NCBI GenBank assembly: GCA_965613025.1
Contig: CBFDUE010000001.1
Location: 80,591 to 144,590 of the forward strand
Direction of reading: 5' to 3'
Length of the DNA stretch: 64,000 nucleotides
Source: an uncultured bacterium
Lineage (GTDB): Bacteria; Desulfobacterota; DSM-4660; Desulfatiglandales; JALVMZ01
Part shown: positions 44,379 through 53,635 of the stretch, piece by piece
Layout: every line of letters begins with the position of its first letter
How positions within the stretch are numbered: position 1 is the first letter of the stretch
The notes under the pieces: model-generated
Told to the model about the DNA's origin: nothing
Seen by the model: the letters and a program-made list of their open reading frames with translations, nothing else
Database searches by the model: none
Position numbers and translations under genes: made by a program

Positions 44379-44495
44379 GAGAGCTTTGAGTTTTTCAAAG
44401 CTCTCAGAAAAAAGGTAATTATGGGTTATTTAAAATTAATTCTGGGGGTCTGGGGGTGTAACCCCCAGTGTAAAAAGGGGTTATGCAAAGCTCTC
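44379..44495 (+). mobile_element. MITE-like repeat, copy 6 (A-B-D, no C units)
   Basis: Palindrome GAGAGCTTTGAGTTTTTCAAAGCTCTC at 44379-44405. Ends ...GGGGTTATGCAAAGCTCTC. 5-nt flank repeats ACTCT at 44374-44378 and 44496-44500. Confidence 0.75.
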
Positions 44496-44511
44496 ACTCT
44501 AATAGAGGCTC

Positions 44512-44553
44512 AGACCCAACTCCCTTGAGTGCAATATCTGGGGAGTTGGGTCT
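44512..44553 (+). terminator. 13-bp stem-loop (possible terminator) after the TauE gene and repeat copy 6
   Basis: AGACCCAACTCCC (44512-44524), 16-nt loop, GGGAGTTGGGTCT (44541-44553), followed by TAAAAGGTTTT. Confidence 0.45.
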
Positions 44554-44574
44554 TAAAAGGTTTTAAATTAATAT

Positions 44575-45078
44575 ATGTGGGTCTTTTTAGGTATTATTGA
44601 TAAGATACTTATTGAGCCTTATAGGTGGCTACACGATCCCATCTTGGGATGGTTGTTTGGAACCTTTATACTGTGTATCTGGGCTGTTATCCTGGGAGAG
44701 CTTACTCTAAATCTCGCCTTTTGGATAAATAAGAGATATGTGAAGGAGAATCTGACAAAGACAGATTACTATTTCCAGCAGTCCCTTAAGGCAAAGGAGG
44801 CAGGGGATGAAGATGCCTACAAAAAGATAAATCGTCTTGCAAATGAAGAATTCGGAAAGTCCTTCTTTCTTCTTATGGCAATGGGAATGGGCTTCATTTG
44901 GCCTGCATTTTTTGCAGCAGCATGGTTAAATATCAGGTTTGGAGATATTACATTTCTCATCCTGCCTCATTGGATGGGAGGATATCAGATTAACTTTATT
45001 GGACCGTTTATTATCCTCTATATTATAGCACGATTTGTGGTTTCAAAATTAAGATATCTGCTGAAGAGGCTAATTTAG
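44575..45078 (+). CDS. Hypothetical integral membrane protein
   Basis: 167 aa with about 4 hydrophobic helices. No recognisable motif. Confidence 0.5.
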   Translation: MWVFLGIIDKILIEPYRWLHDPILGWLFGTFILCIWAVILGELTLNLAFWINKRYVKENLTKTDYYFQQSLKAKEAGDEDAYKKINRLANEEFGKSFFLLMAMGMGFIWPAFFAAAWLNIRFGDITFLILPHWMGGYQINFIGPFIILYIIARFVVSKLRYLLKRLI

Positions 45079-45150
45079 CCTTGAAAGAAAGGATTCCAAT
45101 ATAGAGATCTACATCTGGTGCAGACCTCACATCTAATACCTTGGCCACTT

Positions 45151-45193
45151 AATTCCCACGCACTTACAAACAGGATGCGTAGGGAATTTTTTT
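45151..45193 (+). terminator. Rho-independent terminator
   Basis: AATTCCCACGCA...TGCGTAGGGAATT stem (one bulge) followed by T7. Confidence 0.7.
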
Positions 45194-45268
45194 AAATATA
45201 TAATTTTTATTTGACTTAGGATTTCTAATCTGCTTTTCAATTTCAAAAAATAGACCCAAGGAGGCAAT

Positions 45269-45649
45269 ATGAATGAAGAGATAAAAAATGATGAAGAAAA
45301 GCAGGAAGAGGCAAAAAAAGAGTTAAAATTGGAAAGGCCTTTGGAGAAGATGACAGCCCCAGAGCTCAGAGAGATTGCAAAGGAGATACCTGGAGTAACC
45401 GGTGTCCATGCCATGAAAAAGGAAGAGCTTATAAAGATAATCAAAGAGGCAAAAGGGATAAAAGATGAAAAGGCAACGAAGGGAGAGATTGAAAAGGCAA
45501 CGATTAAAGAATTAAAGCAAAAGATTAAGGTGTTAAAGGCCCAAAAAGAAGAGGCAAGAAGCAATAGAGACAGAAAAAAGGTGGAGATACTGAGGCGTAG
45601 AATAAATAGGCTAAAAAAGAGGACAAGAAAGCTTGCAAAAGGCATGTAA
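45269..45649 (+). CDS. Lys/Glu-rich protein with Rho_N (SAP-like) domain
   Basis: 126 aa. MTAPELREIAKEIPGVTGVHAMKKEELIKIIKEAKG fits the Rho N-terminal helical motif. Confidence 0.6.
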   Translation: MNEEIKNDEEKQEEAKKELKLERPLEKMTAPELREIAKEIPGVTGVHAMKKEELIKIIKEAKGIKDEKATKGEIEKATIKELKQKIKVLKAQKEEARSNRDRKKVEILRRRINRLKKRTRKLAKGM

Positions 45650-45650
45650 T

Positions 45651-46346
45651 GTGAAGCTGGCCTCCCTTGTAGTGGGTGGAGGAAGAGGTGAAAGGATGGG
45701 GGCAGATGTGCCCAAGCAGTTTTTAAGATTGAAAGAGAGATCCATTCTGTATGAAACCCTATGCAGACTGGAAAGATCTGATAAGATAGATGCCTTATAT
45801 CTTATTGTTCCTAAGGAAAGAGTCTTACAGGTTAAAGAGGAATTAAAGAGGTTTAAAAAGTTAAAAGGGATATCCCAAGGGGGTATAAAAAGGCAGGACT
45901 CTGTGCGAATCGGCTTAGAGATGATAGACCCCGTTTATGAATATGTGCTTATACACGATGCTGTAAGACCCTTTATAGACACTCAACTTATAGACAGATT
46001 GGTGAATGCAGCGGCAGAATATGGGGCTGCGTGTGCAGGTATTCCCATAAAGGAGAGTATAGGAGTAATTGACACAGAAGGATACCTTAAAGAGTGGCCT
46101 GATCGTAGATACATCTGGATTATACAGACCCCCCAGATCTTTAGACTAAAGGAGATACTTGAAGCCCACCAAAAGGCGCAAAAGGAGAAATGGGGCACAT
46201 TCCATGATGATACATCCCTTGCTCATATGGCCGGAATACGGGTAAAGATGGTCTTGGGAGATGAAAAGAATATAAAGATCACCACCCCTTTTGATCTTGA
46301 GCTTGCAAGATCTTTATACAATATATCTTCTGGCAAAACACTATGA
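45651..46346 (+). CDS. ispD: 2-C-methyl-D-erythritol 4-phosphate cytidylyltransferase
   Basis: I prefer GTG 45651 (VKLASLVVGGGRGERMG...) over the track's TTG 45633. GGGRGERMG, VLIHDAVRP and KITTPFDLELA motifs. Confidence 0.85.
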   Translation: MKLASLVVGGGRGERMGADVPKQFLRLKERSILYETLCRLERSDKIDALYLIVPKERVLQVKEELKRFKKLKGISQGGIKRQDSVRIGLEMIDPVYEYVLIHDAVRPFIDTQLIDRLVNAAAEYGAACAGIPIKESIGVIDTEGYLKEWPDRRYIWIIQTPQIFRLKEILEAHQKAQKEKWGTFHDDTSLAHMAGIRVKMVLGDEKNIKITTPFDLELARSLYNISSGKTL

Positions 46347-47287
46347 AAGCAAAGCTACTTAGACTTGGAACACGGGGTAGCAGACTGGCATTGGCACAAA
46401 GTCAGTGGGTAAAAGAGGCAATTGAAAAGAGATATGATAATATCAGGGTTGAGATAGTTAAGATAAAGACAAAGGGTGATAAGATCTTAGATGCACCCCT
46501 TAGCAAGATAGGTGGTAAGGGGCTGTTTGTAAAGGAGATAGAAGAGGCCCTTTTAAATAGAGAGATCGATATTGCAGTTCATAGCGCAAAGGATATCCCC
46601 ATTAAGATTCCTGACCCTTTAGATATAATTGTATATACCAGAAGGGAAGATCCAAGGGATGTCTTCATATCCCATAGGTTTAATAAGATTGAAGAGATGC
46701 AAAATGGGTCAACTGTAGGAACAAGCAGTCTAAGAAGAAGGGTTCAGATATTAAATAAGATGCCAGGCATAACGGTTGCTCCTCTGAGGGGAAATGTGGA
46801 TACCAGATTAAAAAGACTGAAAGAGGGCTCCTTTGATGCCATCCTAATTGCAAAGGCAGGGCTTATTAGACTGGGGCTTGAACATCTTATCACCCAGACC
46901 CTTTCCATTGACTTTATGATCCCTGCAATTGGTCAGGGGATCTTAGGTGTTGAGGCAAGGAGGGATGACAGAAGTATAAAAGAGATGGTAACATTTCTGG
47001 ATGATCCTAAAAGCAGGACCTGTGTAAGTGCGGAAAGGAGTTTTCTTAAAGAATTTGGAGGGAGCTGTCAGATCCCCATAGCCGCACATTGCAATATAAG
47101 AGACAAAGGGCTCTATATGAGATGCATGATTGCATCCATAGATGGTAGAGAGATGATTCGGAAAGAGGGAATAGGACTAATTGAAGATCCCGAAAGTCTT
47201 GGAAAGAGGCTTGCAGAAGAGATGCGGAGAAGCGGAGCATCAGATATCCTAAATGGAATTGCGGAGGCCTATGAAGATACACTCTAA
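46343..47287 (+). CDS. hemC: Hydroxymethylbilane synthase (porphobilinogen deaminase)
   Basis: 314 aa. LRLGTRGSRLALAQ, GGKGLFVKEIE, GNVDTRLKRL. ATGA overlap with ispD. Confidence 0.9.
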   Translation: MKAKLLRLGTRGSRLALAQSQWVKEAIEKRYDNIRVEIVKIKTKGDKILDAPLSKIGGKGLFVKEIEEALLNREIDIAVHSAKDIPIKIPDPLDIIVYTRREDPRDVFISHRFNKIEEMQNGSTVGTSSLRRRVQILNKMPGITVAPLRGNVDTRLKRLKEGSFDAILIAKAGLIRLGLEHLITQTLSIDFMIPAIGQGILGVEARRDDRSIKEMVTFLDDPKSRTCVSAERSFLKEFGGSCQIPIAAHCNIRDKGLYMRCMIASIDGREMIRKEGIGLIEDPESLGKRLAEEMRRSGASDILNGIAEAYEDTL

Positions 47288-48797
47288 GGGAAAGGTCATT
47301 CTTGTAGGAGCTGGACCGGGAGATCCAGGACTTATAACATTGAAAGCATTTAATGCCATAAGGCAGGCAGATGTTATCATATATGATAATCTATCAAATA
47401 GGAATCTCCTCAGTGGCGCAAAGGAAGGTGCAGAGATCATATATGCTGGCAAAGAGGCAGGCAGGCATACCATGAGACAGGATGAAATAAATACTCTTAT
47501 GATAGATAAGGCCAATGCCGGGTTGATGGTGGTAAGGCTTAAAGGGGGAGATCCCTTTATATTTGGAAGAGGAGGGGAGGAAGCAGAGGAATTGAGTAAG
47601 GCTGGAATTGAATTTGAAATTATCCCTGGAATCAGCTCTGCCATAGCTGTTCCTGCATATGCAGGAATCCCTCTTACCCACAGAGAATATGCATCCACTG
47701 TTACCTTTATAACCGGTCATGAAGATCCCCAAAAAGAGCATAGCATGATATCCTGGAAAGCATTGGTAAAGAGTGGTGGAACACTTGTATTCCTTATGGG
47801 AGTGGGAAGATTAAAAGAGATCTGCCAGAGACTTATGGAAGAAGGGATGTCCCCAGATACACCTGCTGCTGTAATTGAAAAGGGAACACTGCCAGAGCAG
47901 AGATGCATAGCTGGTTCACTTAAAGATATATCCAAAAAGGCAGAGAGCTCTCACATAATGCCTCCTGCAATAATCGTTATAGGAGATGTGGTTCAATTGA
48001 GGGATAAGATAAGGTGGTTTGAAGATAGACCACTCTTTGGAAAGACCATAGTTGTTACAAGGCCAAAGGATCAGATAGAGGAATTGGCCACTCCCTTAGA
48101 AGAGCTTGGTGCAAGATGTATAAGATTTCCATTAATAGAGATAAGGCCCATTGATAGATGGGAGGGATTGGATAGGATCATAAGAAGAATTGATAGATAT
48201 AACTGGATAATATTTACAAGTGTAAATGGAGTTAAGATCTTCTTTGATAGGCTATATTATAATGGTTTTGATATCCGTGAACTTTCAGACGCAAAAATTG
48301 CAGCGATTGGCCCTGCAACAGCAAAGGGATTAAGAGATGTGGGAATCATTGCAGATCTTATCCCATCTGAACACACCGCAGAAGGTCTTCTTAAAGAGAT
48401 GGAAAGTCTGGATCTCAGAGGACTGAGAGTGCTTCTTCCCAGAGCAAAAGAGGCAAGGGAGATACTTCCCCTTGAACTTGTAAACATGGGGGCCATTGTA
48501 GATGAAATTCCCCTCTATGACACAGTAATGCCCCATATTAATGAAGAAGAATTCCAGCAGATTCTAACTTCTGAAAAGATAGATATGATAATATTTACAA
48601 GCTCCTCTGCGGTTAAAAACTTCTTTTATCTTATTGGTGATAATAGGGATTTAATAAAAGGGATCCATTTTGCATGTATCGGCCCCATATGTGCAGAGAG
48701 TGTCTATAGCCTTGGTATCAAGGTGGATCTTATACCTGATAGATACTCAATTCCTTCACTTATAGAGAGCATTATTAAGTTTTTTAAGGAGAGGTAG
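47271..48797 (+). CDS. Fused uroporphyrinogen-III C-methyltransferase / uroporphyrinogen-III synthase
   Basis: N-terminal KVILVGAGPGDPGLITLKA...RLKGGDPFIFGRGGEE (CobA/SUMT) and a C-terminal HemD-like half. Start is either ATG 47271 or the track's 47253. Confidence 0.85.
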   Translation: MKIHSKGKVILVGAGPGDPGLITLKAFNAIRQADVIIYDNLSNRNLLSGAKEGAEIIYAGKEAGRHTMRQDEINTLMIDKANAGLMVVRLKGGDPFIFGRGGEEAEELSKAGIEFEIIPGISSAIAVPAYAGIPLTHREYASTVTFITGHEDPQKEHSMISWKALVKSGGTLVFLMGVGRLKEICQRLMEEGMSPDTPAAVIEKGTLPEQRCIAGSLKDISKKAESSHIMPPAIIVIGDVVQLRDKIRWFEDRPLFGKTIVVTRPKDQIEELATPLEELGARCIRFPLIEIRPIDRWEGLDRIIRRIDRYNWIIFTSVNGVKIFFDRLYYNGFDIRELSDAKIAAIGPATAKGLRDVGIIADLIPSEHTAEGLLKEMESLDLRGLRVLLPRAKEAREILPLELVNMGAIVDEIPLYDTVMPHINEEEFQQILTSEKIDMIIFTSSSAVKNFFYLIGDNRDLIKGIHFACIGPICAESVYSLGIKVDLIPDRYSIPSLIESIIKFFKER

Positions 48798-48800
48798 AAG

Positions 48801-49952
48801 ATGGCACAATCCAGACCCCTTGATGGGATAAAGGTATTGGAGATGCAGGGGCTTGCCCCATCTCCATTTTGTGGGATGATACTTGCAGACTTTGGTGCAG
48901 AAGTGGTGGTGGTAGAAAGGGTAACAAAGGATATGGTCCAGATCCCAGACAGAATGAAAAAGAACCCATTTTATAGGGGAAAGCGGATAATCAGGATTGA
49001 TCTAAAGGATAGAAAAGGAAAAGAGATACTTAGAAAGATGATAAAGCACTCAGATGTGCTCATAGAGCCATATAGACCTGGGGTTATGGAGAGGATGGGA
49101 TTTGGCCCGGATGAGGTATTTAAGATAAATGAAAAGATAGTGTATGCAAGGCTTACAGGCTGGGGGCAAGATGGCCCCTATAGCCGGAGGGCAGGACATG
49201 ATATAAACTATATTGCTCTATCAGGTGCACTTTCCCTCTTTAAGAGAAAAGGGGAGAAGCCCCTTCCTCCCTGTAATCTGCTCGGTGACTTTGCAGGGGG
49301 TGGAATGCTCTGTGCTTTGGGAATCATGATGGCACTTTTTGAAAGGACAAGATCTGGAAAGGGTCAGATAGTGGATAGTGCCATGCTGGATGGAGCAGCA
49401 TATCTTTCTTCCATGTTTTTTGGACTATTCTATAATGGACTTATGAGCAGGGATATAGGCACAAACAGGCTTGATGGAGGTGCCCCATATTATCAGGTAT
49501 ATGAGAGCAAAGATGGGAAATACGTGGCAGTAGGTGCAATTGAAAGTAAATTTTATTCAGAACTTTTAAAGGGACTTGATCTCAGATCCCAGGACCTCCC
49601 CTTACAGGAAGATACCTCCTCATGGGAAGAGATGAAGCAGAGGTTTCAGGAGATATTCAGAAAGAGGAGCCGTGATGAGTGGGAAGAGGTATTTAAGGGA
49701 AGAGATGCATGTGTATCCCCTATCTTAGATATCTGGGAAGTAAAGGATCATCCGCAAAACAGGGAAAGGAAATTGGTCTATGAGGAAGAGGGTATCATAC
49801 AGCCCTCTCCTGCTCCGAGGCTATCCAGAACACCGGCAAATCCTGGAAAGATCCCCAACATGGATCATACCCACACAAAAGAGATCTTAGCCTCTTTGGG
49901 ATATGGCAAGGAACAGATAGAGAAGCTCTTTAAAGATGGGGTAGTAGAGTAA
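48801..49952 (+). CDS. Family III CoA-transferase fold protein, alpha-methylacyl-CoA racemase-like
   Basis: 383 aa. GIKVLEMQGLAPSPFCGMILADFGAEVVVVER, GHDINYIALSG and LLGDFAGGGMLCALGIMMALFERTRSGKGQ closely follow the AMACR pattern as I recall it. Confidence 0.75.
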   Translation: MAQSRPLDGIKVLEMQGLAPSPFCGMILADFGAEVVVVERVTKDMVQIPDRMKKNPFYRGKRIIRIDLKDRKGKEILRKMIKHSDVLIEPYRPGVMERMGFGPDEVFKINEKIVYARLTGWGQDGPYSRRAGHDINYIALSGALSLFKRKGEKPLPPCNLLGDFAGGGMLCALGIMMALFERTRSGKGQIVDSAMLDGAAYLSSMFFGLFYNGLMSRDIGTNRLDGGAPYYQVYESKDGKYVAVGAIESKFYSELLKGLDLRSQDLPLQEDTSSWEEMKQRFQEIFRKRSRDEWEEVFKGRDACVSPILDIWEVKDHPQNRERKLVYEEEGIIQPSPAPRLSRTPANPGKIPNMDHTHTKEILASLGYGKEQIEKLFKDGVVE

Positions 49953-49967
49953 AGCTCAACAAAGCAT

Positions 49968-51647
49968 ATGAAGATCCTTCTCATATATCCCTTCTTTATT
50001 GATCCAAGAATTGATGATGAAGATATAAGGCCAATGCCAATGGGCCTTTACTGGATAGGTGCGGTGCTAAAAGAGGCAGGATATAAGGTAGAGATCCTGA
50101 ACCTATACGATTTCTCCCAGAGAAAAGATGAAATAAGAGATATATTAAGATCCTTTAAGCCTCAAGCTATAGGATTTTCTGTGCTTCATGGAAACAGATG
50201 GGGGGCAGTGGAGATAGCAAGGATCACAAAGGAGCTCTTTCCTGACACCAAAGTGATATTTGGAGGGGTGGGTGCCACCTTTTTATGGAGACATCTTCTA
50301 AGACACTTCCCTGAAATAGACTTTATTGTATTAAGGGAAGGCGAAAAGAGCTTCCCTCAGTTATTAGATGTCATAAAAGAAGACTCAGAAGACTATAAGA
50401 GTGTGCCAGGTATTGCATATAGATCTGGTAACAAGTTATATAGAACTAAGGAGTCAGGTTTCATAGATGATCTTGACTCCCTTCCCATCCCATCAAAATA
50501 TTTCACATATCAACATGTATCCATTTCAAGGGGATGCCCCTGGAACTGCAATTTTTGTGGCTCTCCCCAATTCTGGAACAGAAGAGTGAGATTCAGATCC
50601 CCTGAACATTTCCTTGAAGAGATTGAAATTCTTTACAAAAAGGGGATCAGAATGTTCTATTTTTCAGATGATACCTTTACACTAAATAAGTCAAAGGTTC
50701 TTGAGATATGCGATCTGATCCTTAAAAAGGGATTAAAGATAAATTGGAATGCCATATCCAGGGTGGATCAGGTAGATGAAGAAATGCTCTATTGGATGAG
50801 AAAGGCAGGATGCATCCAGATAAGCTATGGGGTGGAAAGCGGCTCTGAAAAGATACGAAAAGCGCTCAACAAACCCATCAAATCAGAGGATATCATTAAG
50901 GCATTTGAAATTACCAAAAGGTATGGAATACTTCCAAGGCTCTATCTCATTTATGGATCACCTGGAGAGGATGAAGATACCATTGATGAAAGTATTAAGC
51001 TTATGCACACTATAAAACCCCTTGCTCTCATTACCTATATCTTGGATCTATTTCCGGGTACAAGATTCTGGAATGAGATAAAAAAAAGACAGAGTATTTC
51101 AGATGATATATGGCTCAATAAGATTGAAGGAATCATGTATTTCCAGCTGGACAGTTTAATCTCTCAGGAGATGGTGCTTAGTTGGGGGAATAGGCTGAGA
51201 AAGGAATTTTACAGCCATCTTCCCCAATATGTCAGAGCCATTAGATTTGAACACATAGAAGATATGAAGGTAGAGTATTCAGATTTTCTCTCCAGGCTGG
51301 GCATGACATTTTCACATGGACTGTATTCTAAAAATCCAGATATTCCTGAAAAAGAGAAGCTTTCAGAATGGCTATTTAAGCAATCTTTAAGATATCTTAA
51401 CGACAGAAGGGCATATTTAGGGCTTTCCATGCTGAAACAGAAACAGGGTAATATAAAAGAGGCTGAAAAGATTCTAAAAAAAGCACTTTCCATTTATCCA
51501 GAAGATAAAGACCTAAGCCTTTGCCTTGCCATAAATTTTATGAATCAGAGTGATTTTAAGGAGGCATTAAAGATTCTTGAGCGACTTCCGCCTTCTGAAG
51601 GCATTCAACCATATATTGATGAATGTAAAAAGAGGATCAATCATTAA
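49968..51647 (+). CDS. B12-binding-domain radical SAM protein with C-terminal TPR-like repeats
   Basis: 559 aa. N-terminal cobalamin-binding-like domain, CPWNCNFC (CX3CX2C) and a helical-repeat C-terminus. Confidence 0.75.
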   Translation: MKILLIYPFFIDPRIDDEDIRPMPMGLYWIGAVLKEAGYKVEILNLYDFSQRKDEIRDILRSFKPQAIGFSVLHGNRWGAVEIARITKELFPDTKVIFGGVGATFLWRHLLRHFPEIDFIVLREGEKSFPQLLDVIKEDSEDYKSVPGIAYRSGNKLYRTKESGFIDDLDSLPIPSKYFTYQHVSISRGCPWNCNFCGSPQFWNRRVRFRSPEHFLEEIEILYKKGIRMFYFSDDTFTLNKSKVLEICDLILKKGLKINWNAISRVDQVDEEMLYWMRKAGCIQISYGVESGSEKIRKALNKPIKSEDIIKAFEITKRYGILPRLYLIYGSPGEDEDTIDESIKLMHTIKPLALITYILDLFPGTRFWNEIKKRQSISDDIWLNKIEGIMYFQLDSLISQEMVLSWGNRLRKEFYSHLPQYVRAIRFEHIEDMKVEYSDFLSRLGMTFSHGLYSKNPDIPEKEKLSEWLFKQSLRYLNDRRAYLGLSMLKQKQGNIKEAEKILKKALSIYPEDKDLSLCLAINFMNQSDFKEALKILERLPPSEGIQPYIDECKKRINH

Positions 51648-51653
51648 AAGGAG

Positions 51654-53588
51654 TTGGATATGGGGAAAGGTATAGTTGAAAAGATTCTTGAAAACCACCT
51701 GATTGAAAGCACTAAGGAAGAGATCGCAATCAGGATTGATCAGACCTTGCTTCAGGATGCAACAGGCACAATGGCAATGCTTGAATTTGAATCTTTTGAA
51801 ATACCCAAGGTAAAGACAGAACTTTCTGTCCAGTATGTGGATCACAATCTTCTTCAGATGGATAACCGCAACCGTGATGACCACGAATATCTACGCACCG
51901 CATCTTCAAGATATGGCATATTTTTTAGTGCACCTGGAAACGGTATATGCCACCAGGTGCATCTTGAAAGATTCGCTGTTCCAGCAAAAACCCTGCTCGG
52001 CTCTGATAGCCACACACCTGCGGCAGGAGGTATAGGTATGCTTGCAATGGGAGCAGGGGGGATGGATGTGGCAATGGCAATGGCTGGCATTCCCTATTAT
52101 CTTCCACGCCCAAAGATAGTTAAAGTAGAGCTAAAAGGGAGACTATCCCCTATGGTAAGTGCAAAGGATGTGGTGCTGGAGCTGCTGAGAAGATTTGGAG
52201 TTAAAGGATTCCTGCGAAAAATTCTGGAATATTGCGGAGAGGGAATAAAGACACTATCAGTTCCTGAAAGAGCCACTATATGTAATATGGGAACAGAGCT
52301 GGGTGCTACAAGTTCAATCTTTCCATCTGATGAGATCACACTCAAGTTCTTAAATGCACAGGGTAGAAAAGGAGATTGGAAAGAGCTATTACCTGATATG
52401 GATGCCGAATATGATGAATCTCTTGAACTGGACCTAAGCGAGCTTGAACCCTTAATAGCATGTCCTTCTTCCCCTGGGAATGTGGTTCCAGTCAGGGAGA
52501 TTGAAGGATTGAGGGTATCGCAGGTGATAGTGGGTAGCTGCGGGAATTCCTCATTTGTAGATCTTATGAAGGTAAGAGCTATCTTAAAAGAGAGAAAGAT
52601 CAAGGAGTGGGTATCCTTTCACATAAATCCAGGAAGCAGACAGATACTTGAAGAGATAATAGAAAACAGGGCCCTATCCGATCTTATAAAGGCAGGTGCA
52701 AGGATACATGAACCAGGATGTCATGGATGCATAGGAATGGGGCAGGCACCAGGTATGGATGAGGTAAGTCTCAGGACATTTCCCAGGAATTTTCCTGGAA
52801 GATCTGGCACACCCAATGACAAAGTATATCTATGCTCTCCAGAGACAGCAACTGCCTCTGCCTTAAAGGGTGAGATTACAGATCCAAGAGCCCTCTTAAA
52901 AGAGATGGAATTCCCACAGATCTTAGAGCCTGATAGATATATTGTGGATACCTCCTTTATATACCCACCTTCTGACAGGGCTTCTGAGGTCAATGTCATA
53001 AAAAGGGGCAATATAAAGAGTATTCCTCCTATGCAAAGACTGGAAGATAATCTGGTTGTCCGTGTGGGTATCAAACTTGGAGATAATATATCTACAGATG
53101 AGATAATCCCGGGGGGCTCCAAGGTATTACCCTTGCGGTCAGATATCCATGCAATAAGCAGATATGTATTTAGCCAGATAGACCCTGAATTTGTAAACAG
53201 ATGTGAGAAGATGAAGAATGTGGCAGTAGTGGGTGGGGAAAACTATGGTCAAGGCTCAAGCAGGGAACATGCCGCCCTTGCACCACGCTATCTGGGTGTC
53301 AGGGTTAAGTTGGCAAAAGGGTTTGCCCGTATCCATAAGGCAAACCTCTGCAATTTTGGTATTATCCCCCTTGTATTTGAAGACCCTTCTGACTACGAGC
53401 TTCTTGAACCTGGAATGAAATTGATATTTCCAGATATTAAAGGACTTATAGAGAGTGGAAAAGAGAAGATACCTGTTAAATTGGAAGATGGAAGATTAAT
53501 ATATGCCCTGCTAAATGTATCTGAAAGGCAGAGGAGATATCTGATCCATGGAAGTGCCTTAAATTATGTAAGATATACAGATCATTAA
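51654..53588 (+). CDS. Aconitase-family hydro-lyase (single-chain, about 640-aa type)
   Basis: 644 aa. GSDSHTPAAGG, Cys ligand motifs GSCGNSS and GCHGCIGMG, swivel domain GENYGQGSSREHAA. Confidence 0.75.
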   Translation: MDMGKGIVEKILENHLIESTKEEIAIRIDQTLLQDATGTMAMLEFESFEIPKVKTELSVQYVDHNLLQMDNRNRDDHEYLRTASSRYGIFFSAPGNGICHQVHLERFAVPAKTLLGSDSHTPAAGGIGMLAMGAGGMDVAMAMAGIPYYLPRPKIVKVELKGRLSPMVSAKDVVLELLRRFGVKGFLRKILEYCGEGIKTLSVPERATICNMGTELGATSSIFPSDEITLKFLNAQGRKGDWKELLPDMDAEYDESLELDLSELEPLIACPSSPGNVVPVREIEGLRVSQVIVGSCGNSSFVDLMKVRAILKERKIKEWVSFHINPGSRQILEEIIENRALSDLIKAGARIHEPGCHGCIGMGQAPGMDEVSLRTFPRNFPGRSGTPNDKVYLCSPETATASALKGEITDPRALLKEMEFPQILEPDRYIVDTSFIYPPSDRASEVNVIKRGNIKSIPPMQRLEDNLVVRVGIKLGDNISTDEIIPGGSKVLPLRSDIHAISRYVFSQIDPEFVNRCEKMKNVAVVGGENYGQGSSREHAALAPRYLGVRVKLAKGFARIHKANLCNFGIIPLVFEDPSDYELLEPGMKLIFPDIKGLIESGKEKIPVKLEDGRLIYALLNVSERQRRYLIHGSALNYVRYTDH

Positions 53589-53605
53589 TCTCTTTATGAT
53601 TATGA

Positions 53606-53627
53606 GGGGAGGATAAAGATCCTCCCC
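53606..53627. terminator. GC-rich hairpin between convergent genes (weak terminator candidate)
   Basis: GGGGAGGAT-AAAG-ATCCTCCCC. No strong T-run. Confidence 0.35.
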
Positions 53628-53635
53628 CTTCTGTA

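Noticed and set aside
45133-45645. 170-aa minus-strand low-complexity (S/F/L-rich) ORF.
   Set aside because: It is the mirror frame of the Lys/Glu-rich Rho_N-domain gene on the plus strand, and it spans a plus-strand terminator. The plus-strand gene has an AGGAGG SD and a recognisable domain.
26298-52603. Long antisense track ORFs inside well-supported genes (for example 26298-26750, 33433-33918, 34672-35196, 47249-47698, 52097-52603, 59046-59486, 62777-63316).
   Set aside because: Each is the opposite-strand shadow of a gene with clear family motifs. The sequences are low-complexity and lack SD sequences or recognisable domains.
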